DNA from: Tubulanus polymorphus
Taxonomy: Eukaryota; Animalia; Nemertea
NCBI RefSeq assembly: GCF_964204645.1
Contig: NC_134032.1
Span: 14,310,275-14,374,274 of the forward strand
Direction: 5' to 3'
Length of the DNA: 64,000 bases
Below, one piece after another: positions 55,401 through 64,000 of this stretch. Numbering within the stretch: the first letter of the stretch is position 1; each line of letters starts with the position of its first letter. The position numbers were made by a program, and so were the translations under genes. The notes below the pieces were generated by a model. The model worked only from the letters and a program-made list of their open reading frames with translations, was not told where the DNA came from and did not search any database.

Positions 55401-58400
55401 AACCAATCTAACAACTTAAGACCAGTCTAAGCTCATTTTAGTTCTATAACCAATCTAACAACTTAAGACCAGTCTAAGCTCATTTTGGTTCTATAACCAA
55501 TCTAACAACTTAAGACCAGTCTAAGCTCATTTTAGTTCTATAACCAATCTAACAACTTAAGACCAGTCTAAGCTCATTTTGGTTCTATAACCAATCTAAC
55601 AACTTAAGACCAGTCTAAACTCATTTTGGTTCTACAACCAATCTAACAACTTAAGACCAGTCTAAACTCATTTTGGTTCTACAACCAATCTAACAATTTA
55701 AGACCAGTCTAAACTCATTTTTGTTCTATAACCAATCTAACAACTTAAGATCAGTCGAAGCTCATATTAGTTCTATAACCAATCTAACAACTTAAGACCA
55801 GTCTAAGCTCATATTAGTTCTACAACCAATCAAACAACTTAAGACCAGTCTAAACTCATTTTGGTTCTACAACCAATCTAACAACTTAAGACCAGTCTAA
55901 GCTCATTTTGGTTCTACAACCAATCTAACAACTTAAGACCAATGAAGGCTAATTTTCATTTTAGAAATAATCTAATATCTTAAGACCAGTCTAAGCTCAT
56001 TACAGTTCTATAACCTATATCTAGATCATAAGGCTGGTCTGAATCATTCAAGTTTGAATCCCACTCAAGTTTGAACTACAGCCTAGTTTAGAACCTCATC
56101 GGAATAAGACGCAGAATAGGTTAAATTAGTGTTATGATGAATGAGGATGATAAACATACCTTGACAGTTCCATCATCACTACCGCTGCAGATCAGCTGAG
56201 GACCTCGACGAGCGAGATTCACTGTGTTTACAAACGTCTGGTGACCTTTCAATCGTTTAATTCTCTGTCCGGTCATTACGTCCCACAATGCCACAGTTTT
56301 ATCGGACGATGCTGTGCACAGCGTACTATCAGCAACGGAAAAAAAATTCAAAATATTGCACTGAATTCATCAAAACAGTTAGGTCTATAAAATTCTGAAG
56401 ATAAACGTATTTTAAAAACGAACACAGGGATCTTACAGATCGGGGAATCCAAAATGCCCTGATATAATTCCCGGATTGAATTATGATATCCTCAGTGGAG
56501 GCAGTTTCTTATCAAGATGTTCCTTGTGCCACTCGTCACCAGCAAGAACAACAAGACACCAAAAATTCAAATTCCCTGATTAAATTATAAGATATCCTCA
56601 GTTGGAACTGTTTCTTATCAAGAGGTTCCTTGTGTCAATGGACACCAACAAGAACAGCAGGACACCAAAAATTCAAATTCCCTGATTGAATTATAAGATA
56701 TCCTCGGTGAGGGCTGTTTCTTATCGAGACGTTCCTTCACCAGCAAGAACAAGAAACCAAAAATTCAAACTTCTTGATTTTCACGAAAAGAGTCGGAATT
56801 CCCTGAATCTCTGTAGGTAATAATAAATGACTCCAAAATCCCCTAACCCGTAGAAACCCTATGAACATCATACTATGTCATGTATGGTTACTTACTTGAT
56901 GTCCGTGGACCATTGGAGTTCCATCACAGCTCCAGAATGACCTTTCAGGATTCCCAGATTCTGACATTCCCCGTACACTGTCCACAAATCTACAAAACAA
57001 TCATTAACAATTCCTCATATAATCTCGGGGTCTTAAGTTGTCTGTACCTTAAGCCGGGCGTAGGTCGGCCTTGCGACGCCATCGTCGCGTCACGAGTGGG
57101 GGCGTAAGTCGGTTGCGACGCGATTGTCAGCGACTGTGTGCGACTAGTTGCTCCCAGTTGCAAGAGCGTGCAGGTCGGTTGCGACGGTCGCGTCGCGTCG
57201 CAGAAAGTAGAACATGTGCGACTCATTGCGACTGGCAGTCGCAACCCGTCACTGGCAGTCGCAAGGTAGCGTAGGTCGGTGAGTCGTTGCGACGCTATCG
57301 TCGCTGGCGGTCGCAGTGAGTTACAAGCCGTCGCAAGGCCGACCTACGCCCGCCTTTAGTACCGTACTAAAATGGTCTTAGATTCAGTCTAGATTTAAGC
57401 CATGACTAGTATAAAACTGGCAGCAGGGGTTTAGAATTTAAACGACATTTGAACCTGCGTCGAGAAGAAAACACAATATCCGTGTATGATGAATAAATGC
57501 GAGAAATCCCACAATAAATACTGTCAAAACGAGAAACAGAATAGCAGGCGTACTGATCAGGAGCCATCATCAGGAGTACGCCTGATATATATACTCTTCT
57601 ATTCAAGTTTCTCATTTTGGCTGAATTCACTGTGGGATTTCTCGTGTTTTAACATTTGAACCTGTCGGTCATCCTTATTACCGAGATGACGTATTTTACC
57701 GAGATGAACCGAGATGAAATGAAATATAGCATATTTATTTATTCCTTATCGATTTTAACACTTGAAATCATGTTATATCAGTAATAAATACCTTCTAGAG
57801 TCATTTTTTACATATTTTTTTTATTAAAAAAAATTTTGACTTCAAATACGTAAACTCGGTTAGCAATAAAATTTCATTGAATTTGATTGATCGACGATCT
57901 CATCTCGGTAAAGTTAAGTTATTTTTCTACAAAAATATCCGACAAAATATGTAAAATATGACTCCAGCAGGTATTTATTACTGACATGATATGATTTCAA
58001 TTGTTAAAATCGATAAGGAATAAATAAATATGTTATATTTCATTTCATCTCGGTTGATCTCGGTAAAATACGTCATCTCGGTAATAAGGATGACCGGAAC
58101 CTGTTTCGTGATAATACTTACAGATAAGACGATCGAATCCTGCTGAGGCGAAGTACTGTCCGTCAGGTGAGAATTTACCGCAGAATATTTCACCCTCGTG
58201 ACCGGTTAGAAGCATTATAGGAGCTTCCAGGTTAGACGTACGAGCTGAACCCTGTCACATATAGAAAAATAAAGAAAACCCTTAAGACTTAAGAAAAATA
58301 GATACCTGGGGCCAGTTGCTCAAAAGTTGGTAAGAGTTAACCAGTGGATAGGTGACAATTAAAAGTTCATTGTTACTATGGTATCTATCCACTGGTTATC

Positions 58401-58933
58401 TTTAACAACTTTTGAACAACTGGCCCCTGGTTTTATTTCTGCTTAAGTTTTAAGTAGACCTGGTCCCACCGCCTATCTACCCTGAATTTAACTTTCTTAA
58501 AATCAAGACCAAGCTTACAATAAAAGCCCAGAGGGTAGAAATGAACTAATTGATTGATTACAAAATCTTTTTTGCAGTACCAGTCCAGTTTACAAAATGA
58601 CCCGGGTAGGCCAGAGCCGGCCGGCAGAGCCAGAGGTCAGAGGAGCAATAATTTATATGTGAATCAAGCAAGGACGAGGTTAAATTTTTCAGTGACCTGT
58701 CTGGGATGCGGTTGTTTAGTTTCGCGGTCGGATATTATTAGTTTCTCAAACCAATATCTATCAATATCATAAGGTGTACATGTTTATAGAAACAATAAAA
58801 TATTTGAATTTGAATTGACGATGCTTACCGCTTCAATAACGGCGTTGTCCCTGCCGTAAATCGCTATCGAATCCGTTTTAGACTTTTTAGCGGGCACCAG
58901 AGCACCTTCCATCGCTTTACGCTTCAAATCCAT
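52444..58933 (-). CDS. SNRNP40: U5 snRNP 40 kDa WD40 protein, 9 exons
   Basis: RTSNLEAPIMLLTGHEGEIF..LKGHSGAVMEL..RLKGHQTFVN..TYQVTSVTF..RGHSDTVTGMRLSPDGSYLL..RIWDVRPFAPQERCVKIFQG..RILYKLPGHAGSVNE..SSDKKIYFGEI. Approximate exons: 58829-58933, 58122-58251, 56896-56989, 56160-56326, 55103-55225, 54611-54731, 54427-54509, 53276-53441, 52444-52496. Confidence 0.95.
53945..54396. repeat. 23-bp minisatellite, about 19 copies
   Basis: Unit AACAGYGAAACCGTRCGGGTTGC. Confidence 0.95.
54867..55034. mobile_element. MITE family D; copies 36390-36555, 17596-17703, tandem pair 3430-3750
   Basis: TIR GGGATCATTCATTTATTACGTACGCA / TGCGTACGTAATAAAT(G)AATGACCCC. Confidence 0.75.
55307..55942. repeat. ~46-bp minisatellite; also at 20070-20310
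   Basis: Unit TTCTATAACCAATCTAACAACTTAAGACCAGTCTAAGCTCATTTTRG. Confidence 0.92.
57051..57358. mobile_element. GC-rich MITE
   Basis: TIR GGGCGTAGGTCGGCCTTGCGAC / GTCGCAAGGCCGACCTACGCCC, with internal TGCGAC/GTCGCA repeats. Confidence 0.75.
57666..58096. mobile_element. Non-autonomous DNA transposon with ~128-bp TIRs and an 8-bp TSD
   Basis: TSD GAACCTGT at 57658-57665 and 58097-58104; TIR starts CGGTCATCCTTATTACCGAGATG. Confidence 0.85.
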
Positions 58934-59407
58934 TCTCACAAATTCCGAATTTTCAATAAGGATGAGAAAAAAATTGAAAAATTTATTGTTCTTCAAAGAA
59001 ACCCGGAAGTAGTGCCGGCTTGTGCTAAATACCGATAATTCAATTCAATTCAATAAAGATTTATTCTATCCGAGTATTGATAAATAATGAGACAGACCGA
59101 CCCGGCAATGGAATAGAAACCTGACTTAACAAAACTTACAGAGACCGACCAAAATGGACAAACCAACCAAAAGTTATTTGAATATAGAATTGCTCCATGG
59201 TACTGGTCATCTCATATCGAATCATCTCGAATCTGTGTGACCAGCAGGGTCTTACCCGTGTCGACAACCAACCTTTTTATCCTCTTTTCAGCACAAAACC
59301 GGAATCCAGAATAAAATCGAATGAACATTTCACTGAAGAGATTGAATGAATGAATTTATTTACATAACTAAATAATACAAATGCATGAAAATTGGTCGTC
59401 AAAAACT

Positions 59408-62400
59408 TCAGGAATTTGTCGATGTTGTTTTTGATCGTTTCTGTTTTACTGATTCTAGAATTGTTTTCTGTACGACTGGATAGATTTTTAAACACGACGT
59501 CACGGCGACTTTCACAGCCTGCAAAACATCAATATACCGATTACAAGAAAATATATTTTACATGTAGTAGCCAGACCTGGAGGTTGTCTTAAATGTCACA
59601 GCACAAATCTGAGGTGTATTCCAGGGCATTCGGATCAGGGATCTGGGTCGTTACCACAATGAATTGAAGTTGAGGGCTCGTGATAATCAGAGATAATTAG
59701 CCCCAAGGCAAACAGAGTCCGAGGCATATGGCAAGCTTGGTCAGGGGCATGTAATAATCAGAGGCAAGCAACTTCAGGGTAAGCTGGGTCCGGAGCACGT
59801 GAAAAGCAGAGCCATTAATTTCAGGGTAAACAGGTCTCGGGCACGTCATAATCAGAGCCAATAAACTTAAGCAGAGCTCGGGGCACAGAGAGGCGCAGTG
59901 GCCGAGTGGGTTAAGCCGCCGGTCACTGGTCTCGTCAATCCAGGGTTTATGGGTTCAAACCCTGGTGGCGACAGAGTTTCTTGGTCGAAGGTTCTTCCCT
60001 GGTCTCTCCTCAATTAGGAAAGGAAATTTCAAACCCGCTAATAATGTCCTGTGTGGCAATCGGCTCCAGGTTACCTACAGTGCCTCACAAGTAACAAATT
60101 CACAGTTATCTTTAAAACGAACCTGAGAAATATTTTCCAGTAGCATTTGTCCGACGAGTGCAGAGCATGAAATCTGATTCAACGACGGCAGGTAACCGAT
60201 AGTAACCATCCCATTGTTAATAGACTCACAGTTGCGAACCTGCATAACAAAGAGTTTTCAATATATCATGTTATCAATCAACACACCTGCAGTTTATTTC
60301 TTCTGCTGCTGACCACAATAAACTCAACATATGACGATTAATTTAATAAGTGGCAAATTTAACCCCCCACCCCCATCGCTAATGTTTGCTGATTTTTACC
60401 CCCCCCCCCCCTGTAACACCACTGATGTTTGCTGATATTTTAAGCCCCTTACTCAGACTTCTCATGAATGCGTACATTCAAACTTGGCTAAAGTCATCAC
60501 ATTCCTAAAGTTGTCTTAGTTTTTGATTCCCAATTCAATTTACTAAATATAATTCATCTTCCAAATACGACTACTTCAGCAAATTTGATATGTACACATT
60601 GGCAGACGTGGGCATCTCTGACCCCCTCCTCCTACGCTCTACTTCACTAACGACTTTGTATCGAATATAATTTTCAGAGAAAACATTCTTCACCTACCTC
60701 CGTGAAGCTGGCTCCCGGTTCCCGGTTCGGCTCCCGAATCAAAATCATTTTCAATCGGGAGCCCAATCCGGAACCGGGAACCGGGAGCCAGCTTCAGGGG
60801 GGTTCTTCACCTGTGGTTTGTACTCCTCTTCATTCGTCGGATCTAGAATCATCGTTTCGTCCGTCTGTCTCTGAGAGCGTTGAAATAAAAACGTCATATC
60901 GATGAAAGAATTACAACCTGAGAGAGACCTAGGTTGTAGGTTGAAGTGTTTTAGGGTTTAGCGACACCCTTTTTTGCTCTATAGATTTAACAAACTAAAA
61001 TTGAACTGATTTGACTCAAGAACTTGAAACTTACAACAGTTGTTCCTATGACGATATCGTACATCTCGATTTCTGCATCGGCCAGTGCTACCGATGCGCA
61101 CGTTATTGCAGCTGCAAGTGCTGGATATATAGAATAGAAAATATCTTAATCAGGTACAAAAGTTTTAGGATTTTAGATTCTAGTGTCTTGGAAGATGTGG
61201 ATTGCAAGGGACCGTCAACAATTTTCAGAGACTGTTCCTGACAATCAGGGGACAGCAAACAATTTTCAGAGACAGTCGCTGACAATTGGGGGACAGTAAA
61301 CCGTTTTCAGAGATTGTTGCTGACAATCAGGGGACAGTAAAGAATTTTCAGAGACAGTTGCTGACAATTGGGGGACAGTAAACCGTTTTCAGAGATTGTT
61401 GCTGACAATCAGGGGACAGTAAACCATTTTCAGAGACTGTTCCTGTCAATCGGGGGACAGTAAATAATTTTCAAAGACTGTTCCTGACAATCAGGGGACA
61501 GTAAACCATTTTCCGAGACTGTTCCTATCAATCGGGGGACAGTAAACTATTTTCAGAGACTGCTCCTAAAAATTAGGGGACAGTAAGCCATTTTCAGAGA
61601 CTGTTCCAGACAAAAGGACTTTATTTTACGCACCTGATCCATCATCTTGTAGAACTGTTACAAACACATCAACAATCGCTTTTGGAAATTTATCCTAAAT
61701 TACAAATCAAAAAACAAAGCTTAATTTCGAGGAAATTATCCACGAATCAAGGAATTCAATCTGTTTATTACTTACCAAACAGACAGCTGGCTCGAGCGTT
61801 TCCATGACAATAACTGACATATCTTTATCGTGATTATCGAGTTGATGAGATCGTCTACGCTGAGTGGAGAATGTCGCGTATTTCAGCTCACACGATAACT
61901 GTCCGTTCATACTGAAATCTTCACGACGGGCGACCTGCCGTGGTCCGTACCTGTGTGGAAAAATAGAGCCAACATATCAAATGAACTAATGTTAAAGCTG
62001 CAGTAGACTCCGTTCAAGCCACAACAAAAATTCGGAGTTGGATGATACAGCAGACTCCGCCTAAGTCAGATCTTTTGACTAGAGAGTGATATCTCATTGG
62101 GACGGTACAGAATCTGCTCAAGTCAGATCCACAGGGGCTTGTATTTGAAGTTTGGGGGTGAATTGTAGCTTAGATCATTCAGTATCCCTGGTACCGGTAC
62201 TATATATATAAAAAGAATTATAGTACCAGAGATACTGGATGATCTAAGCTACAGTTCACCCCCAAACTTCAAATACGAGCCCCTGTGGTTGGATCTTTTG
62301 ACTAGAGAGTGATATCCGAGATGGATGATACAATAGACTCTGTTCAAGTCAGATCTTTTGACTAGAGAGTGATATCTGAGTTGGATGATACATTAGACTG

Positions 62401-62981
62401 AACTCAAGTCAGATCTTTTGAGTTGAGAGTGATATCTGAGTTGGATGATACATTAGACTCAACTCAAGTCAGATCTTTTGAGTTGAGAGTAATATCTGAG
62501 TTGGATGGAATAGTGTTAATGGGATCTACTGACTAATTAGAGAGACTTACACGGCACACATGACTTTAGTTTGACCGATTTCAATGTAAGCCGAACCTTT
62601 TGCTTTACTGATCACTCCCGCTTGTACAACTACAATATAGAAACATCAACAAATAGCAAACTTTTCAGCAAAAACTGCTTTGAGTTTTCTTGAGCTTGTC
62701 ATGACATTAGTGTTTTCAGGAAACTTACAAACGGGTCGAAGTTGATCGTGATTTCTGTCGTCAGCTCTTCGACCGTTTTCATCTAGTAGAGTCTGAAACA
62801 TAGTTATTGTGGATTTTTCGTTTTCTTTTTGAATTTCGCTTGAACAGCTGTTGAATTGAAATGAATCGAAATCGAACAAATAAATATTTACATGTTTTGA
62901 GTCGATGTCAACTCCGACTGCAAACTTTGGCGGATAGAAAGTTTCCTCTGGACCGTTTATTCTTCTTGTATCACCAGGCAT
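59408..62981 (-). CDS. EXOSC6: Exosome complex component MTR3 (RNase PH-like), 9 exons
   Basis: [112 protein letters not shown]. Approximate exons: 62892-62981, 62729-62792, 62551-62630, 61775-61950, 61633-61695, 61036-61116, 60811-60870, 60123-60239, 59408-59518. Confidence 0.93.
59888..60057 (+). mobile_element. tRNA-derived SINE (copy 2)
   Basis: A box GTGGCCGAGTGG and B box GGTTCAAACC. Same body as the copy at 13881. Confidence 0.75.
60703..60796. mobile_element. Small hairpin MITE
   Basis: TGAAGCTGGCTCCCGGTTCCCGGTTC / GAACCGGGAACCGGGAGCCAGCTTCA. Confidence 0.65.
61220..61612. repeat. 41-bp minisatellite, about 9 copies
   Basis: Unit ATTTTCAGAGACTGTTCCTGACAATCAGGGGACAGTAAACC. Confidence 0.9.
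62129..62288. mobile_element. Hairpin MITE inserted in a 60-bp tandem repeat (~62000-62510)
   Basis: ~65-bp arms CCACAGGGGCTYGTATTTGAAGTTTGGGG. Confidence 0.7.
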
Positions 62982-64000
62982 TGTCGTGTTTAGTTTTATT
63001 TCGGTCGTGTAACTACTAAAATTATTCAGTGTCTATTTAGTGTTGTGTTAAATCGTGGTGATCATGGGGGCTGACATCTTTGATTCCGCCACTTTCGGGC
63101 TCGAATCCCGACTTTAAGTACGCTAGCGAATAATCTTATTTTCAATTTACCAATACGAATAAGATTTCAGGTGCGTAACCACCATCTAGTTTATTTGTTT
63201 GATATCTTAATAACATGATGAATTGTGAAATTCACTGCGGCTTATCCAGTTTGTTAACCGTCAAGTGCTGCCTCTATAAATATCGTTGACGGTGAATTTG
63301 TGAACTAACTTATCATTATCACCCGCATGCCACAGTAGGAACACTGGGTTATGAGTTAGTTCACATATTCACCGCTTATGTTATACATAGCGGCAGCACT
63401 AGACGGTCAAAATCCGGCAGCGGGATTATCTGAAGGTTCGAACACTATCGAGAGAGCGATAACCCATTATCCAGTTTCATAGAACTAGAAAGGTTTACAG
63501 TAGACTACGCCCTATTACTCAGACATATCCGTCTCGGAGTTCAGAGTAACTCGGAAATAACGAAATCATTGATAGCGGCTTCCTAACTATGAATTCCATG
63601 ATATCATGCTTCAGTGTTTGAGTACCTCGGGCCAACTTGCTGGTCGTCTAGTCCGGTCAAGATCGGTGACGTTTACCGCAATTTCTTCGATTTTAATGTA
63701 ATGAAATTGATATACAGTGGAACCTCGTTACAGCGAACTTCAAGGGACCAGAAAATCTGTTCGTTTTAACCGATAGTTCGTTATATCCAGTACTAAATCA
63801 ATTGAATTTTCTATATATTAAGATTTTATTTATATATTTAAGATACAATATTCAATAAAATTACTACAAATGAAAGATACACTGCTTAGATAATATCTAA
63901 GCAGTCGATTCCAGAAGGGTAGCATTTGTGACATTGTAAAGGGAAAAAATCTATTATAATTTATTATTAGTTAAAAACAAACACGATTCTAATCGATATA

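Noticed and set aside
56880-57274. Overlapping GC-rich ORFs
   Set aside because: They coincide with a palindromic MITE and the SNRNP40 exon 3 region.
58934-59407. EXOSC6-SNRNP40 operon or polycistron
   Set aside because: EXOSC6 has its own AATAAA (~59356) and SNRNP40 has an ETS-like CCGGAAGT (~59003) just upstream. There is no evidence for trans-splicing in the sequence.

Overview
AT-rich, gene-dense genomic DNA from an intron-containing animal, most likely a non-vertebrate bilaterian; the species cannot be determined from the sequence. Nine protein-coding genes were reconstructed by hand from GT-AG exons: DDX54 (-, truncated at the left edge), RNGTT (+), a 14-3-3 (+), MRTO4 (+), an intronless class I SAM methyltransferase nested antisense in MRTO4 intron 2, a domesticated CENP-B/Tigger-type HTH protein lacking a DDE domain (-), an ER FKBP (+), SNRNP40 (-) and EXOSC6/MTR3 (-). 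Introns are full of MITEs, tRNA-derived SINEs, Penelope and RTE remnants and minisatellites. The main leads are: (1) one FKBP gene with duplicated alternative last exons, giving a soluble xxEL form or a TM plus di-lysine form; (2) a minimal hammerhead ribozyme in the 3' UTR of the CENP-B-like gene; (3) the nested methyltransferase, flanked by a 12-copy CTCF-motif minisatellite; (4) recurrent duplication of exon ends and last exons; (5) a candidate intronic H/ACA RNA with a CAB-like loop. Coordinates were read by eye and may be off by a few bases. No database search was run.
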